Source of the DNA: Pelagomonas calceolata
Lineage: Eukaryota
Direction of reading: 5' to 3'
Assembly: GCA_918797485.1 (NCBI GenBank)
Contig: CAKKNE010000006.1
Span: 2,604,001 to 2,668,000, forward strand
Length of the DNA: 64,000 nt
A program made the translations under genes and the position numbers. How positions within the stretch are numbered: position 1 is the first letter of the stretch; each line of letters begins with the position of its first letter. The notes beneath the pieces are model-generated. The model did no database searches, had not been told where the DNA came from, and worked only from the letters and a program-made list of their open reading frames with translations. This document shows positions 31,101-44,078 of the stretch, in pieces.

Positions 31101-34100
31101 CTCCGGGTCGGCAGCAGGCTCCGGCGCAGGGTCCGCGGCAGGCTCAGGGTCGGCGGCGGGCTCCGGCGCAGGGTCGGCGGCAGGCGCAGGGTCCGCGGCA
31201 GGCTCAGGGTCAGCTGCAGGCTCCGGCGCAGGGTCCGCGGCAGGCTCAGGGTCGGCGGCGGGCTCCGGCGCAGGGTCGGCGGCAGGCGCAGGGTCCGCGG
31301 CAGGCTCAGGGTCAGCTGCAGGCTCCGGCGCAGGGTCCGCGGCAGGCTCAGGGTCGGCGGCGGGCTCCGGCGCAGGGTCGGCGGCAGGCGCAGGGTCCGC
31401 GGCAGGCTCAGGATCAGCTGCAGGCTCCGGCGCAGGGTCCGCGGCAGGCTCAGGATCAGCTGCAGGCTCCGGCGCAGGGTCCGCGGCAGGCTCAGGGTCA
31501 GCAGCAGGCTCCGGCGCAGGGTCCGCGGCAGGCTCAGGGTCCGCAGCGGGCTCCGGTGCAGGGTCCGCGGCAGGCTCAGGGTCCGCAGCGGGCTCCGGCG
31601 CAGGATCGGCGGCGGGCTCCGGCGCAGGGTCCGCAGCGGGCTCGCTAGGAGCTTCGGCTGCGACGCTGTCGTCCGCGGCTTCAGACGGCTCTGGCGTCGG
31701 TTCCGGCGTCGGCTCCGCGGGCGCGGCCGCGGGCTCCGACGGCGGCGTCGCTGGAGCGGCCGGCTCGGCCGCCTCGGGCGTCGGCGGAGCGCTCGGCTCC
31801 GGCGTGGCAGCCTTGGGCGTCGGCGGCGCGCTGGGCTCGGGCGTGGCGCTCGCGGCCGCCGCCGGCGCGGCGGCCTTGGGCGGCGTCGCGGCGGCCGGCG
31901 CGTCGAGCGCGTCGGCGACGGCCGTGCCACCCGGAGGAGACGCCTCGGGCGGCGGCGTCGCGGCCGGCGAGGCCTGGGCCGCCTTGGGCGGCGTGCGCTC
32001 CGCATCTTCGGCCGGGGCCGGCGGCTCGACGGGCCGCGGCGACGCCTCGACGGCGGCCGCGAGGCGCGCCTCCTCGTCGGCGAGGGCCTGAGCCGCCGCC
32101 GCGGCCTTCTCGCGCTCCGCCTCCTCGAGGGCCGCCGCTTTAGCAGCCGCGGCCTCCTCCTCCTTGGCCTTCGCCTCCGCAGCAGCAGCCTTCTCCGCCT
32201 CGAGGCGCTCGGCCTCCTCGGCCGCGGCGAGCTTCTCCTGCTCCGCTTTCAGCGCTTCCTCCTCGGCGGCGAGTTCGGCCTCGAGGGCGGCCCGCTCGTC
32301 GTCGTTCGCTGACTGCAGCGCGGCCTTCTTCTCCTCCAGCGCTTGAGCTTTGGCGCGCTCCGCTTCCACAGCATCGGCCTTGGCCTGAGCGGCAGCGTCG
32401 GCCTTGGCCCGGGCCTCGGCCTGGGCTTGTGCCGCTTCGGCAGCCTGCGCCTCGGCCGCGCGCTTGGCCTCCTCCGCCTGTTGAGCCTTCTCCGCAGCTA
32501 AAGCTTGCTCCTCGTTCGCCTCGGCGGCTTTGGCCTGAGCCTCGACCAGCTCCTGTTCCGCCGCATCTTCCAACTTGATGGACGACTTCAAGACCTCCTG
32601 CTTCTCCTTCTGCTCCTCGACCAAGGTTTCGACCTCCTGGCGGCGGACCGACGCCTCGGCGCGCGCGCTCTCGACTGCCTCGGTGTGCGCCTGGACCTTC
32701 TCCAGATCTAGGTTGAGAGCCGCGGCCTGGGCCTCGGCTTCATTGGCGCGCCTTTCAGCTTCTTCCCGCTTGGCCTGGGCCTCGGCCTGGACCCTGGCTT
32801 CGTCGTCGGCGCGCCGTTGCGCCGCCTCGGCGGCTTCTCGCTCCTCCGCTTCTTTCTGGGCCGCCTGTGCGGCGGCCTCCTGCTCCTGCGCCGCTTTACG
32901 ATCGGCCTCGGCGGCCTTGGCAGCTTCTTCCTGTTCCAGAGCTTCGGCTTCGGCCAGCTTGGCCTGCTCCGCAAGTAAAGCCTCCTCCTCGGCGCGCATC
33001 TCCTCCTCCAGAGCCGCGCGCGCGGCGGCGTCGTCCTCCAGGGCGGCGAGCTTCGCTTTCTGTTCCGCGATCTTCGCTTCGCGTGCCTCTTGGGCCTCCT
33101 GGGCTTCACGCTTCGCTTGCGCGGCCGCGTCGGCCTTGGCCTGGGCCTCGGCCTGGAGGCGTGAAGCCTCCTCGGCCTGCTGGGCGGCTTTAGCTTTGGC
33201 CTCGGCCGCTTCGGCCCGCTTGGCCTCCTGGGCCTCGTTCGCGAGGCGCGCCTCTTCGGCCTTCTCGCGGGCGGCGACGAGCGCGCGCTCGGCCTCCTCC
33301 TCCTTCTTCAACTCGGCCTTGAGCTGCTCGGCCTTCTGGCGGGCGCTGTCCAACTGGGCCTCCGTGGCCTGGCGCCGCGCGGACGTCTCCTCGCGCGCGG
33401 ACTCGACCTCTTGGACCTGCTGCTCGACTTTTTCAAGGTCTAAACTCATCTGCGCGGCCTTGGCCTCGGCCTCCTCGGCGCGCCTCGCCGCTTCCTCGCG
33501 CTTGAGCTGGGCCGCTTCTTCTATTCGTTTGGCCTCGGCGGCGTCCTCGTCCGTTTGTTCGGGAGTTGGGTCGGCGGGCTCGGGCGTCGGATCTGCCTGG
33601 GGTTCCGGCGTCGGCTCGGCCGGCGGCTCGGCGACAGGCTCCGGCGTGGCGGCCTCGGGCGACGGCGGCGCGCTGGGCTCCGGCGTGGCGGCCTTGGGCT
33701 CCGGCGCAGGTTCGGCAGCAGGCTCAGGGTCGGCGGCAGGTTCAGGGTCCGCGGCAGGCTCAGGGTCCGCAGCGGGCTCCGGTGTAGGATCGGCAGCTGG
33801 CTCAGGGTCGGCAGCTGGCTCAGCCGGTGGCTCCGGGGCCGGCTCATCAGCGACCGGCTCATCAGCCGGGGGCTCCGCGGTCGGTTCCGAAGGAGGCTCG
33901 ACGGGCGGCTCAGCCGGAGGCGTGGGCTCCGCAGCGGGCTCCGGAGTGGGCTCCGCGGCCGGCTCATCAGCGGTGGGCTCAGCGGCCGGCTCGGCCGTAG
34001 GCTCCTCAGCGGGCTCCGCGGCCGGCTCATCAGCTGTGGGCTCATCAGCGGTGGGCTCATCAGTGGTGGGCCCGTCAGCGGCCGGCTCATCAGCGGCCGG

Positions 34101-37100
34101 CTCAGCTGGGGGCTCGGCCATAGGCTCAGCCGGTGGCTCCGCGGTTGGCTCATCAGCGGTCGGCTCAGCCGGAGGCTCCGCTGTGGGCTCATCAGCGGCT
34201 GGCTCATCAGCGGGCTCATCAGCAACCGGCTCAGCCGGAGGCTCCGCTGTGGGCTCATCAGCGGCCGGCTCCGCAGTCGGCTCGTCAGCGGCCGGCTCAG
34301 CCGCAGGCTCGGCCGTGGGCTCCTCAGCGGGCTCCGCGGTCGGCTCGTCAGCGGCCGGCTCAGCCGTCGGCTCGGCCGTAGGCTCATCAGCTGCGGGCTC
34401 CGCGGCTGGCTCATCAGCGCTCGGCTCATCAGCGGCCGGCTCAGCCGTAGGCTCAGCCGGTGGCTCCGCGGTTGGCTCATCAGCGGTCGGCTCATCAGCC
34501 GCCGGCTCAGCTGGTGGCTCAGCCGCAGGCTCGGCCGTGGGCTCCTCAGCAGGCTCCGCGGTCGGCTCCTCGGGCTCCGCGGACGGCTCCTCAGCGGTCG
34601 GCTCAGCGGTCGGCTCATCAGCGGCCGGTTCCGCGGTCGGCTCATCAGCCGCCGGCTCAGCTGGTGGCTCAACGGTGGGCTCCTCAGCGACCGGCTGAGC
34701 GGTGGGCTCCTCAGCGGGCTCCGCGGCCGGCTCATCGGCGGCTGGCTCAGCCGCAGGCTCATCAGCCGGGGGCTCCGCAGGAGGCTCCTCCGTCGGCTCA
34801 GTCGTAGGCTCGGCCGTGGGCTCCGCAGCGGGCTCCGCGTCTGGCTCCGAAGCAGGCTCGGCCGTAGGCTCCGGCGCAGGCGGCTCGGCCGTGGGCTCCT
34901 CCGACGCGGCTTCGGCGATAGGCTCGGCCGGCGCGGGCGCAGCAGCGGCCACGGCGGGCGTCGGCGCGGCCGCCGGGACGGGCTCCGGCGCCTCGTCGTC
35001 GCTCGCCTTGGGGCTCTCGGCAGCGGTGACCGGGTCGATGACCGTCACGGGCGACGACTCGCGCGGTGAGACGGCCTCGGGCACGGGTTCGCGCGGCGAC
35101 GCGGTGGAGAGCCGGGCCTGGCGCGCGGTCGCGGGCGTCGTCGGCGCCTCGGGCTCGGCCTCGGTCGGCGCGGGCTCCTCCTCGACGTCGATGGGCTCGG
35201 GCACCGGGACGGGCGCCGCCGCCGGTTCGACGGCTTCGACCGGCTCCTCGGGCGCGGAAGGCTCGTCGTCGGCCGCGACGTCGACGGCCGGGGGGCTCTC
35301 GGCGGCGGCGGGGGCGGCGACCGGCGAGGCCGCGGCGACCGGCGTGATGGGCGACGGCGGGGCGCTCGGCTCCGGGCTCGGCTCCGGCGTGGCCGCCTCG
35401 GGACGGGCGAACGGGACGGGCGTGGCCGTCGCGAGCGACCGCTCGTCGTCGTCGGCGACGGCGACCGGCGCGCGCGACGGCGCCGTCGCCGCCGTCGCGA
35501 GCGACTTCTCGGACACGGCGAGCGACCGCTCGTCCTCCTCGGGCTCCGGCGCCGCGAGCGGCTCGCCGAGCGCGACGCCGCTCGCCTTGCGCGCCTCGTA
35601 GGTCGTCTGGACCGTGGCGACGAAGGACGCGAGCTCCTGCGCCGACAGGGAAGCGAGCCGCGCCTCGAGGTGAGCCGCCAACCGCACCTCCACTAGAATG
35701 GAGCCGCGCTTGACCGACACGATCTCGATCTCTTCACTAGAAACGTCGAGCAGCTCCGAGAGCGACGACAGGAAGGCCTCCCGCTCGAACGTCTCGGGCG
35801 TGCCCTCGAGCCGCAGGACGCGCGTCGGCAGATTCACCTTCAGCGCGCCGTCCTCGACGGTCAGCCGCGACGTCAGGTCGATGCAGTCCTGCCGGTCGAA
35901 GTCGCCTGATAATTCCAGGGTATAAACCTGCCCCCGCGCGACCGACAGCGCCTCGACCACGAAACCTTCCGAGGATTTGAGGAAGGAGCACGACAGGCAC
36001 CCAGCGCCGGGCACATCAACCAAAGCCGTGTGCACGCAGTCGGCCGACTGCACCGGCGTATCATCATAGATCGTCGCGTCGCACGCATCTAAATCGTACG
36101 CGTCCGCATCCACGTCATCGGGCAGGCCCCACAACGCGATGGGGTCCTCGTAGGACCCCAGGCCCTTGGGCGCGGCGTCGCGCGCCCAGGGCGGCAGCGT
36201 CTCGACGACGCTGATGCGCTTCGTCTGCTCCTCGGGCGTCGTCATCGGCCGCGCCATCGTCGCCGGCGCGCTCGCGGGTTCGATCAGGGTCTCGTAGTCG
36301 TCGACCTTCGGTGAAGGAGCCGGCGCCGCAACGGGGGCGCCGACCGGGGCGAACGGCACGGGCGCGCCGACCGGCGCCGGCGCGAAGGCCGGCGCCGCGA
36401 CCGGCGTGGACGCCGCGCCGGGCGCCGGGGCCGGCGCGAACGCCGGCGCGCGGGCCGAAGCCATCGGCGACACCATCGGCGAGGCCGCGGCCGTGCCGGG
36501 CGCGGGCGCCGGCGCGCGGGCAGAAATCAAAGGCGAGGCCGCGACGCCCGGCGCGGGAGCGAGGGCCGGCGAGAGCGATGCCGGCGCCGGCGCGCGGGCC
36601 GAGACCATCGGAGAGGCTGCGGTGGCCGGCGCGGGCGCGCGGGCTGAAATCAGCGGCGACGCAGCGCCCGGCGCCGGCGCGGGCGCCAGCGGCGCGGGCG
36701 CCGGCGGGGCGAGCGCGACGGGCGCCAGCACGAGGTCCCGGGCCGCGGCCGCGACGGCGGCGTCGTCGGCGGCGTCGGCGGCCTGGGCGACGTCCGCCGT
36801 CTCCGCGAGGGCCTCGGCGAAGGCCTCGTCGGCCGCGGCCGCGACGTGGGCCGGCGGCGCCGGCGCCGGCGCCGCGGGCAGGGGCGCCGCTGCAGCCGGT
36901 GCCGGCGCGCTGACGGGTGCGGCGCTCGGCGCCGGGGCCGGGCCCTTCTTCTTCGGCCGCCGGCTGGGCGGCCGCGTCTCGGCCGTCTCGGCGTCCTGGA
37001 GGGCGACGTCCGTGCGGTCCGCGGCCGCGGCGTCGACCTGCTTCGACGGCGTGGCCGGCCCGACGACGATCGTCCCCGAGTCCTCGAGCGACACGTCGAG

Positions 37101-40100
37101 CTTGAGCGGGTCGCCGAGCGCCGTGCCGGGCGCCGGCGCGGCCTCCTCGAGGGGCTCGTCCTCCTTGAGGGGCGTCAGCTCGGGCCGCGGCGACCTCTCG
37201 AGGGGCGTCAGCGCGGCGGCCGGTGCCGGCGCGGTCGTGGGCGCCGCCGCGGCCGGTGCCGGTGCGCGGGCCGAGATCGGCGTCGACGCGGCCGGCGCGG
37301 GCGCGCGGGCTGAGACAATGGGCGAGGCAGCCACGCCCGGCGCGGGGGCCGGCGCGCTCACCGGCGCGATATGTAATGCAACAGCGACCTCCTCGGCCGC
37401 GCGCGCGGCCTCGGCCTCGGCAAACTCCACATCGTCGGGCTTGGCCTCGAGTGCCTCGACGCGCGCGGCCTCCGCCGCCACGGCGACGGCTTCCGGAGAG
37501 GCGCCGGGCGCCGGTGCTGGTGCGCTGATGTGCGCGAGCACGGCCGCGGCGACCGGCGCCTCGACCTCGGCCTCGTCGAGCGTCTTCTGGACGACGGCCT
37601 CGGCGGCGGCCTGGGCGACCTCCGCCGCGGCCGCGGGGCTGCCCGTGGCTTCCAGCGCCGCGGCGTAGGCCTCTTGATGGACCTCGTCGGAGACGCCCTC
37701 GACGACCTCCTCGGCCGCGGCGACGGCCTCCGCGTCCGCCGGCGCAGGTGCGGGCGCCGCGGCCGGGCCGTCGGCGGCGTCGGGGCCTGGTCCCGCCTCT
37801 TCGGCGGGGCCCGGCGCGCTCGCGGGCGCCGGCGACGGCGGCGCCGCGGCCACCGGCGCCGGCCCGGCGCTCTCCTCGAACTCGGAAAAGGCCTCGTCGT
37901 CGTAGGCGTCGGCGGACTCCTCGAGGGCCGCCGCCGCCGCGGGCGCGGCGACCGGCGCGGGCTCGTCGAAGTCCTCGGCGCCGTAGCTCTCGTCGACGTC
38001 CGTCGGCGCGGCGGACGGCGCGGCGGCGGTGGCGGGCTCGGGCGCCGCGACGGGTTCCGAAACTCCGGCGCTCTCCTCGAACTCCGAGGCCCCGTAGCTC
38101 TCGTCGACGTCCGTGGCGGCCACCGAGGGGGCGACCGAGGGCACCGCCGAGGGCACGACGACCTGCTCGGACGAGGCCTCCTCGGGCGCCGCGACGGGCT
38201 CGGGCGCCGCCTCGACGGCCGACGACGACAGCTCCGTCGGGCCCTTGCTCTCCTCGAGCTCCGAGAACTCGTCGGCGCCGTAGCTGTCCTCGACGTCCGT
38301 GGCGGCGGGCGTTGGTGTTGACGGTTCCGCGGCGGGCGCGGGCTCCGCGGCGTCCGCATCGGCGGCGGGCGCCGGCGCCGCCGGTCCGGCCGCGCCGGTG
38401 CTCTCCTCGAAGTCCGACGCGCCGTAGCTCTCGTCCGCGTCCGTGGCTGCGGCGGAGGGCGCGGCGGCTGGCTCCGACGCCTCGGAGGCGGGCGCGGGCC
38501 CGGCGACCGGCGAGGCGGGCTCAAAGTCCGAGGCGCCGTAGCTCTCGTCGACGTCTGTCGGAGCGGCGGAGGGCGCGGCGACCGGTGCGGGCTCGTCGAA
38601 CTCCTCGGCGCCGTAGCTCTCGTCGACGTCTGTCGGAGCGGCGGAGGGCGCGGCGGCGGGCGCGGCGACCGGTGCGGGCTCGTCGAACTCCTCGGCGCCG
38701 TAGCTTTCGTCGACGTCCGTTGGCGCGGCCGAGGGCGCGGCGGCAGGCGCGGCGACCGGTGCTGGCTCATCGAACTCCTCGGCGCCGTAGCTCTCGTCAA
38801 CGTCCGTCGGCGCGGCCGCCGGCTCGGCAGCCTCGGAGGCAGGCGCAGGTCCCGGCGCATCAGCGCTCTCCTCGAAGTCCTCGGCGCCGTAGCTCTCGTC
38901 GACGTCGGCGGCGTCGGCGGCGGGCGCCGGCGCGGGCTCGGCCGCCTCTTCGACGGCCGGCTCCTCGGCCGCTTCGGCCGCCGGCGCCGGCGCGGCGGCC
39001 TCCTCGCCTTCGGGCTCGGCGGCCTCCTCGGCCTCGGCTGCCGGCGCGGGCGCGGCGGCCTGAGCGTCGGCCTCGACGAGCACCGCGCGTTTCTCCGTCG
39101 CCGCGACGACGGCCGCGTGGTCCTCGGCCACGCCGGCCTCCGTGCACGCGAGCAGCGCGGCGTCGATGGCCTCGACGTCGGCCGCGGCCTCGAGCGCCGC
39201 GACGGCCGCGACGCGCTTCTCCTCCGCGAGCTTGAGGACGACCTCCTCGCGCCGCGCCGCCGCGGTCTTCGTGCCGTCGGCGTCGTCGGGCAGGCCGACC
39301 TCCGCGCAGTGTAGCAACGCGGCGTCGATCGCGGCGAGGTCCTCGGTCGCGCACGCGGCCTCGAGCGCCTTCAAGGCGTCGACGCGCGCCTGCTCGGCGA
39401 CGAGCTCCGCGCGTTTCGCGGAAGCCGTCACCCGTGCGTCGTCGTCGGCGGCGACGCCCACAGTATCAGCCTTGGCGAGGGCCGCGTCGATTAATTCGAC
39501 GGTGTCGGCCGCGGTTAATGAAGCGAGGGCCTCCTGCTTCGCCTCTTCCGCGGATAGGGCGGCTAATCGCTCCGCCTCGAGGCGGTCGGCCTCGGCCTGC
39601 TCCGCAGCTAACCTTTCCGCCTCGACGCGCTCGGCCTCGGCGGCCCGTTCGGCCTCCAAAGCAGCAAGCTCGTCGCGCCGCGCTTCGGCGGTGGCGAGGT
39701 CCTCGACGCCCTTCTCCTTCGCGTCAGCGAGCGCCGCCTCCAAAACGGCGAGGTCGTCGCCCTCCGCCGCCGCATTCAAAGCCTCCGCGGCAGCAGCCTT
39801 GTCCTCCTCGGCCTTCAGAGCAGCTAATCTCTCAGCCTCCAATCTCTCAGCCTCGGCCTTCTCCGCGGCTAATCTCTCGGCCTCGGCCTGTTCCGCAGCC
39901 AATCGCTCATTTTCAATACGCTCGGCCTCGAGCCGCTCAGCTTCGATTCTCTCAGCCTCTAACCGTTCGAGCTCGGCCTTTTCCGCGGCGAGTCGCTCGG
40001 CTTCCACTCGTTCCGCCTCCAGCCTCTCAGCCTCGATACGCTCAGCCTCCAGCCTCTCGGCCTCCAAACGCTGTCGCTCCGCTTCCTCAGCAGCCAATCT

Positions 40101-43100
40101 CTCGGCCTCGGCCCGCTCCGCAGCGATCCTCTCCTGCTCGAGCCTTTCAGCCTCGGCCTTCTCGGCCAGAATGCGTTCCTTCTCGGCCTTTTCTTTAGCT
40201 TTCCGTTCCTTCTCGAGGCGTTTCTCTTCTTTCTTTTCCGCTTTCCGACGTTTCGCCTCGGCCTTCTCGGCGGCTTTCCGTTCGAGCATCTCCTGCTTCT
40301 CGCGCTCCTTCCGTTCCGCCTCTTCCTTTGCAAGTTTTTCGGCTTCGACGCGTTCCGCTTCGAGGCGCTCGGCCTCGGCGTGCTCCGCCTCTCGGCGCGC
40401 GTCTTCTTCCGCCTGCCGCGCTTCTTCTTCCGCCTTCTTTCTAGCGGCTCTGGCAGGCACGACAACAGCGGCCACGCGCTCGTCCTCTTGTTGTCTTTCT
40501 TCCATAGAACCGAAGAGAGGCTCGACGACTGGCGCTTCCGCATGATCACCGAACATCGACGACTGTTGCGGTAGTGCGCGCGTGTCGTCGTAGCCGCGCT
40601 GCTCCTCCACCATTTGATGAACTCGAGCATCTAAGCGTAGTACCAATACACCTCTGGTGGTATTCGCGTCGACCTGACCTCGCATGTCGATCTCGCAGGC
40701 ATCGGCCAGAGCTGCTGCTAGCGACCGTTTCTCGGCCGGTGTGAGTTCGTACAAGGCACCGTAGCCGATCTGGTACCACTCTTGTTCCGACGCCTGGACC
40801 TGGTCCCCGGTTTTCGGCATATACAGAGTGAGCTTGTCACCCTCTTCATACACCTCGATCTTCTCCCCAGATTGGGTCTTGGCCTTGAGGAGGACCGGAC
40901 CACTGGGAGGCTCCTTCTTGACCTTCTGGAGAGGCAGCTCCGTGACCACCGGTTGAGGGTCGGGCGTGAAATGCGACCTTTCTTCTACCACCGACAGATC
41001 ATCAGACTGCTTCAGGACGGGGGGCGACCGATCAGTAGCCGGCCCTTCATGCGCGCCGGGCGTGATGGGCCGTCTGATTTCTTCCATCGTCATCGTTTCC
41101 GCTTTGCCTTGTCTGCGGGGTTTCCGAGTAGTGGCGGCAGAAGTCGGCCTGGACGCCCCCGTGCCTCTATCAACCTTGCCGTCCTTGGAACGGGGCGGCG
41201 TGAGCGAAGCCGCTCGCGAGACGGACTTGGACTTCGGTCTCTCTTCGTCGGGAGTTTGTAATAGAGCATGCGCTCTGGGATCATTCTGAGCTTTGGTTCT
41301 AGGCGTATCCTCCTCATTCACGTGGGGGGGCTTGTAGGCGTGGTCGCCGCCGGGCGCGAAGTCCAACGATGGCCTTAATTTAAGTCCCATATCTGCTGCT
41401 GCTGTTTTCGGAGCTACTAAAGCCGATAGATCAGGCCTAGGCGACGCGCGCACCTTGAGAGCGAGCTGGCCGTTCTTCAACTCGAGATCAGAAGACAACA
41501 CGGCAGCCAGGGCCTCCTTCTCCGGCCTTAGTAAAAAGGATAGGGGCCCATAACCGGTAGCCGCCCACATACTACTTTCAACTGTTAATTCTTTTTTGGC
41601 CTGCGTCACGAATTTCAGAGCATCGCCCTTCTCATACGCATTTACTTCCCCTAAACCAGGTTGGGTAGAGGTACACAGTAACAGAGGGTCCAATTGAGCC
41701 TTGGCAGTTTGCGTTTCCCGGAAAAGATCCTCGGGCGACTTGCCACTTTCTTCAAACTGCACGGAAGTTTGCGTAGAAATGGGTATCTCGAGGTCGTACC
41801 ACTCCTGCTTGGAGAAGGGCATCTTGTCAAGGTCGGCCGTTAGTTTTGGCGCCTCCGTGCCCACGACCCTCGTACAAGCACTGAGGGAGGTACAGACCTT
41901 CTGCTTCTGGTCCAACGACATGGTCTTCCAGCCCTCGATGACTGCTTCTAATTGTGACTGTAACACTGAGCCTTCCACTCGGTCATCAGTTAAAGCTGTG
42001 TAAGCTTCTAACACCAAGCCTTCCGGATGGACGATGATATTCAAGAGAAGATGAGTCCCATGCGCATCTTGGACCGCGCCCCGATACAGCGCGGGTCCAT
42101 CTCTATCGCGGTTGAGCAATTTGACCTTGGCAGCTTCCGCGTCACCCTCAGCATTTTTACGAGATTTCCTTAAACGAGCCCGTTCCGCTTCCGCTTGTTT
42201 GCGCGCTTCGGCCTCGAGCCGCTCCTTCGACTGCTGGTCGGCGATCATCCTCCGCCGCTTGTCGGCCTCTTCCTGTCTACGTCTAGCTTCGGCACTTCTC
42301 TTGTCATCAAGCTCTTTTTGTTTTTTGGCCCTTAACCTAGCGCGTTCCGCCGCTAACACAGGATCGTGCAACATGAGATCTACTTGGATCTTCGCGAGCA
42401 TGATGCGGACCCTCTTTTGTAATTGAATAGCAGCATTGCCGGCAATTTCCCGGATTTTGGCCAGTAAGGGGCCTAGTCGCGCCTTGTCCGCGGCCTCCGC
42501 ATACGACACGACAGGTAAATAGTCGTACTCCGGCGAGATCTTCGGCGTCGGCTTCACGCCGTACTCATTTGCGGCCACACCTCGGTTGCGACTACGCATC
42601 AACTGGAGTTGCTGCTCCTCGCCGAGCGGCGACACGTTGTGGTCCCGCTTCGTCTGCAGCACATGGATGTAGACATGCGCCCCGAAGCCCTTGACCCGCT
42701 CCAGGTGCTCTTGTTTAAAAGGCACGGGACTCCCGTCCGGCAGGACAAAGGCGAAGCGCGGCGGTACGTCGCGCGACGGCACCATCTGCGCGTCGATCAG
42801 CGTCTTTCGTAAGTCGCGAAGAGTGTCCTCCTTGTCGTACTCCACAAATCCGAGCGGCCCCGTCGCGCCTCGGACTCTTATGGCAATTTGCGGCGGTTGG
42901 TTATTAATCTTCGATTGTATTGATTGTGTTCCTTGGGATTCATACATCGAACCGAGCGCGGGGTCGGCCCAGTTGTTGTTCGGCTCGTCGACGTATTTGA
43001 TGGGGGGTGGGTTCATGAGTGGATCGGGGCCCATCTGAGCTGTTTTAGGTCTTTGTACTGTGGCAAATGATTCTTCGCCCCAGGCCTTGAACAATGGTGT

Positions 43101-43559
43101 CGGGTCGTCCGTGTCCATCGTCGCGTCATCAACAACGGCCTCAAAGGGCCTCGAGGACCTCTTAGCAGTTAATAAAGATGGAACCATGTCCGCGATCGGC
43201 ACCTCGAAGGCCGGCAAGGCACTCACGTCGGGCGTCCTTACGAGACGAGACAAAGGCTTGTCCATGCGCGGCTTGGACTGCTGCAACAACTCCAACGAAT
43301 TCGTCCCGACCATTTCCGTGAAGTGCCTCCGGAAGGACTCGCCTCTGGCAAACACGCAGTAGTCGTCGGTCAACGCGTCGTACTTGCCGAGGATCTGCTC
43401 CTGCTTCACATTCCTAGAGTCCCAGCCTCCTTCGAGCTTCTTGAGTCGTTTGCGGCTTGGCCGCTTCCTCAAAGGCCGCATGGCGCCGCCGCGCAACGCG
43501 CTGCGGTCGACCTGGAGCGGCTGGCGCGTGCGCTTTTGCGGGCCTAGGTCGACCCCCAT
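28113..43559 (-). CDS. Giant 5148-aa protein: ubiquitin-like N-terminal domain, IQ-like motif, E/A/K/R coiled coils, Pro/Ala/Glu repeats, SEA-like module and repeated ~80-aa globular modules
   Basis: 15.4-kb uninterrupted ORF with non-repetitive globular segments at both ends. Confidence 0.85.
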   Translation of the reverse strand: MGVDLGPQKRTRQPLQVDRSALRGGAMRPLRKRPSRKRLKKLEGGWDSRNVKQEQILGKYDALTDDYCVFARGESFRRHFTEMVGTNSLELLQQSKPRMDKPLSRLVRTPDVSALPAFEVPIADMVPSLLTAKRSSRPFEAVVDDATMDTDDPTPLFKAWGEESFATVQRPKTAQMGPDPLMNPPPIKYVDEPNNNWADPALGSMYESQGTQSIQSKINNQPPQIAIRVRGATGPLGFVEYDKEDTLRDLRKTLIDAQMVPSRDVPPRFAFVLPDGSPVPFKQEHLERVKGFGAHVYIHVLQTKRDHNVSPLGEEQQLQLMRSRNRGVAANEYGVKPTPKISPEYDYLPVVSYAEAADKARLGPLLAKIREIAGNAAIQLQKRVRIMLAKIQVDLMLHDPVLAAERARLRAKKQKELDDKRSAEARRRQEEADKRRRMIADQQSKERLEAEARKQAEAERARLRKSRKNAEGDAEAAKVKLLNRDRDGPALYRGAVQDAHGTHLLLNIIVHPEGLVLEAYTALTDDRVEGSVLQSQLEAVIEGWKTMSLDQKQKVCTSLSACTRVVGTEAPKLTADLDKMPFSKQEWYDLEIPISTQTSVQFEESGKSPEDLFRETQTAKAQLDPLLLCTSTQPGLGEVNAYEKGDALKFVTQAKKELTVESSMWAATGYGPLSFLLRPEKEALAAVLSSDLELKNGQLALKVRASPRPDLSALVAPKTAAADMGLKLRPSLDFAPGGDHAYKPPHVNEEDTPRTKAQNDPRAHALLQTPDEERPKSKSVSRAASLTPPRSKDGKVDRGTGASRPTSAATTRKPRRQGKAETMTMEEIRRPITPGAHEGPATDRSPPVLKQSDDLSVVEERSHFTPDPQPVVTELPLQKVKKEPPSGPVLLKAKTQSGEKIEVYEEGDKLTLYMPKTGDQVQASEQEWYQIGYGALYELTPAEKRSLAAALADACEIDMRGQVDANTTRGVLVLRLDARVHQMVEEQRGYDDTRALPQQSSMFGDHAEAPVVEPLFGSMEERQQEDERVAAVVVPARAARKKAEEEARQAEEDARREAEHAEAERLEAERVEAEKLAKEEAERKEREKQEMLERKAAEKAEAKRRKAEKKEEKRLEKERKAKEKAEKERILAEKAEAERLEQERIAAERAEAERLAAEEAERQRLEAERLEAERIEAERLEAERVEAERLAAEKAELERLEAERIEAERLEAERIENERLAAEQAEAERLAAEKAEAERLEAERLAALKAEEDKAAAAEALNAAAEGDDLAVLEAALADAKEKGVEDLATAEARRDELAALEAERAAEAERVEAERLAAEQAEADRLEAERLAALSAEEAKQEALASLTAADTVELIDAALAKADTVGVAADDDARVTASAKRAELVAEQARVDALKALEAACATEDLAAIDAALLHCAEVGLPDDADGTKTAAARREEVVLKLAEEKRVAAVAALEAAADVEAIDAALLACTEAGVAEDHAAVVAATEKRAVLVEADAQAAAPAPAAEAEEAAEPEGEEAAAPAPAAEAAEEPAVEEAAEPAPAPAADAADVDESYGAEDFEESADAPGPAPASEAAEPAAAPTDVDESYGAEEFDEPAPVAAPAAAPSAAPTDVDESYGAEEFDEPAPVAAPAAAPSAAPTDVDESYGAEEFDEPAPVAAPSAAPTDVDESYGASDFEPASPVAGPAPASEASEPAAAPSAAATDADESYGASDFEESTGAAGPAAPAPAADADAAEPAPAAEPSTPTPAATDVEDSYGADEFSELEESKGPTELSSSAVEAAPEPVAAPEEASSEQVVVPSAVPSVAPSVAATDVDESYGASEFEESAGVSEPVAAPEPATAAAPSAAPTDVDESYGAEDFDEPAPVAAPAAAAALEESADAYDDEAFSEFEESAGPAPVAAAPPSPAPASAPGPAEEAGPGPDAADGPAAAPAPAPADAEAVAAAEEVVEGVSDEVHQEAYAAALEATGSPAAAAEVAQAAAEAVVQKTLDEAEVEAPVAAAVLAHISAPAPAPGASPEAVAVAAEAARVEALEAKPDDVEFAEAEAARAAEEVAVALHIAPVSAPAPAPGVAASPIVSARAPAPAASTPISARAPAPAAAAPTTAPAPAAALTPLERSPRPELTPLKEDEPLEEAAPAPGTALGDPLKLDVSLEDSGTIVVGPATPSKQVDAAAADRTDVALQDAETAETRPPSRRPKKKGPAPAPSAAPVSAPAPAAAAPLPAAPAPAPPAHVAAAADEAFAEALAETADVAQAADAADDAAVAAAARDLVLAPVALAPPAPAPLAPAPAPGAASPLISARAPAPATAASPMVSARAPAPASLSPALAPAPGVAASPLISARAPAPAPGTAAASPMVSPMASARAPAFAPAPAPGAASTPVAAPAFAPAPVGAPVPFAPVGAPVAAPAPSPKVDDYETLIEPASAPATMARPMTTPEEQTKRISVVETLPPWARDAAPKGLGSYEDPIALWGLPDDVDADAYDLDACDATIYDDTPVQSADCVHTALVDVPGAGCLSCSFLKSSEGFVVEALSVARGQVYTLELSGDFDRQDCIDLTSRLTVEDGALKVNLPTRVLRLEGTPETFEREAFLSSLSELLDVSSEEIEIVSVKRGSILVEVRLAAHLEARLASLSAQELASFVATVQTTYEARKASGVALGEPLAAPEPEEDERSLAVSEKSLATAATAPSRAPVAVADDDERSLATATPVPFARPEAATPEPSPEPSAPPSPITPVAAASPVAAPAAAESPPAVDVAADDEPSAPEEPVEAVEPAAAPVPVPEPIDVEEEPAPTEAEPEAPTTPATARQARLSTASPREPVPEAVSPRESSPVTVIDPVTAAESPKASDDEAPEPVPAAAPTPAVAAAAPAPAEPIAEAASEEPTAEPPAPEPTAEPASEPDAEPAAEPTAEPTTEPTEEPPAEPPADEPAAEPAADEPAAEPAEEPTAQPVAEEPTVEPPAEPAADEPTAEPAADEPTAEPTAEEPSAEPEEPTAEPAEEPTAEPAAEPPAEPAADEPTADEPTAEPPAEPTAEPAADEPSADEPAAEPAADEPTAEPTAEPAADEPTAEPAEEPTAEPAAEPAADEPTAEPAADEPTAEPPAEPVADEPADEPAADEPTAEPPAEPTADEPTAEPPAEPMAEPPAEPAADEPAADGPTTDEPTADEPTADEPAAEPAEEPTAEPAAEPTADEPAAEPTPEPAAEPTPPAEPPVEPPSEPTAEPPADEPVADEPAPEPPAEPAADPEPAADPTPEPAADPEPAADPEPAADPEPAAEPAPEPKAATPEPSAPPSPEAATPEPVAEPPAEPTPEPQADPTPEPADPTPEQTDEDAAEAKRIEEAAQLKREEAARRAEEAEAKAAQMSLDLEKVEQQVQEVESAREETSARRQATEAQLDSARQKAEQLKAELKKEEEAERALVAAREKAEEARLANEAQEAKRAEAAEAKAKAAQQAEEASRLQAEAQAKADAAAQAKREAQEAQEAREAKIAEQKAKLAALEDDAAARAALEEEMRAEEEALLAEQAKLAEAEALEQEEAAKAAEADRKAAQEQEAAAQAAQKEAEEREAAEAAQRRADDEARVQAEAQAKREEAERRANEAEAQAAALNLDLEKVQAHTEAVESARAEASVRRQEVETLVEEQKEKQEVLKSSIKLEDAAEQELVEAQAKAAEANEEQALAAEKAQQAEEAKRAAEAQAAEAAQAQAEARAKADAAAQAKADAVEAERAKAQALEEKKAALQSANDDERAALEAELAAEEEALKAEQEKLAAAEEAERLEAEKAAAAEAKAKEEEAAAAKAAALEEAEREKAAAAAQALADEEARLAAAVEASPRPVEPPAPAEDAERTPPKAAQASPAATPPPEASPPGGTAVADALDAPAAATPPKAAAPAAAASATPEPSAPPTPKAATPEPSAPPTPEAAEPAAPATPPSEPAAAPAEPTPEPTPEPSEAADDSVAAEAPSEPAADPAPEPAADPAPEPAADPEPAADPAPEPAADPEPAADPAPEPAADPEPAADPAPEPAADPEPAADPAPEPAADPEPAADPAPAADPAPEPAADPEPAADPAPEPAADPEPAADPAPAADPAPEPAADPEPAADPAPEPAADPEPAADPAPAADPAPEPAADPEPAADPAPEPAADPEPAADPAPEPAADPEPAADPVPEPAADPEPAADPTPEPAADPEPAADPEPAADPTPEPSAPPSPKAATPEPDAEPAAEPPAEPTPDPQADPTPEPSAEPTPSPPTPEPTPTPPSEAVDDAAPAVDAEPSEAAQEAAAEISAAVVAAQDDSTVDDGTVATKDDGGDGGAPLADPAEAPPADEDVAEPPAEPNPEPSAPPTPKAATPEPSAPPTPKAATPEPSAPPTPKAATPEPSAPPTPKAATPEPSAPPTPKAATPEPSAPPTPKAATPEPAAEPSAEPPADAEPPVDEPAAEPAAEPAADAEPPADEPAAEPAADAEPPADEPAAEPAAADEPPAEPAADPTPEPPADEPSAEPPADEPAAEPAVDAEPPAAEPAADAEPPADEPPAEPAADPAPEPADETPAADEAAPSEPPAAAAPEPTEAEAEPSSPEPAAAEEPAAVEEAPSPPKPDVAAVEESAPEPQVAPAPEPAAEPATEAPAAAAEPEAPPSPQRPKTAVASARAILTEGVKVGEAFLLASVVDQDGNLGIHAYDTRTQKLWECTVLQEQWSHLGGALTELSGRQQASLARSILKDLVIDGSLKYDPFPAVRVASPAEEAKVPDSVPGIANIGAAADEPAPVTTTDRRPWTAEDEALEAPFLSDFAELTTLKKTGTPGQATKRRALYTEGVEVQDGRHLLCSIYNDDGALSVEAFEPDALMDYSLIVSCDEAGCEPSALNDDAAAYLIAERVCEGLTLVPQAHGAGDRLIFAPNRTADVLVIDDNSEGDDLESLLLAVNKQPREAPTFDGTTDEGYAVTLMEEAEGFRVRAMDPLRPWRAVERVFSLHVLEQAKYVPVTSHLTDADKDILGEALLKSVLAPADEEKPLEVHLTAPPDNLRPGSPQRTSRALLTLGVELDGQLVMASLYEKRRVIECQCFHAESGLACTLEVREKVWMKHGLKALKELSTEEKDRVCHAITESIALEEPLPPADLTAALREQAFSEALAKRAAAAPA
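29880..34900 (-). repeat. Coding minisatellites: [13 protein letters not shown] (39 nt, ~30290-30530), ADPEP/ADPAPEP (~30940-31640), EPAADEPTA (~33700-34900)
   Basis: Visible tandem units such as gggtccgcggcaggctca and ggctcatcagcgg. Confidence 0.9.
37880..38910 (-). repeat. About 10 copies of an acidic motif [14 protein letters not shown] within the giant ORF
   Basis: Recurrent ggcgccgtagctctcgtcgacgtc on the + strand. Confidence 0.85.
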
Positions 43560-44078
43560 GGTTTAGGTCTGCCGCAGCGGCGGCGGCTGCCTGTGGCGCT
43601 ATCGGCCTTGGCTGCTTCCGGCGCGCGGCAGCGCTTGCTTTGCAGCCCCGGCGCTATAGGTGGCCAGGTAGTGCAACCGCGGCAGCGCGGGCAGCCCTTC
43701 CTCGTCGGGACAGGGCCTGCTGCCTCGCGTTAATGCCGCCTCGTTAAGCTGGGCCGGGGGCTGTGTAGCTGTAGTCCTAGCTAGCCTGCCATGGGGAATG
43801 GACGTGTCCTGGGCCCCGCGGGCTCGCGGCGCAGCCTTCGAGTGCTCCCGGGCACGCATGGGCTGCGATCGCCCGGCGGCTTGGTTTGGGGTCTCGGAAA
43901 TTGCCCACGGCGCCTCGTATTGGTCCGAGGGTGCTTGTGGAGGCTCTGGGAGGCGCGCTGAGGCCTGTGGAGCCGCGTCGGGCGGTCGCGAACAAAAAAA
44001 ACGCTGCTCCTTGTCATCGTCTTCGCGTGCGTTGTGCGCGCACCAATCGCCATTGTTTTGAATTCTGACCGCGGCATT

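Noticed and set aside
29512..35601. Long Gly/Ser/Ala silk-fibroin-like ORFs on the + strand (859, 707 and 299 aa)
   Set aside because: They are antisense shadows of the Pro/Glu/Ala repeats of the 5148-aa minus-strand ORF; high-GC repeats lack stops in that frame
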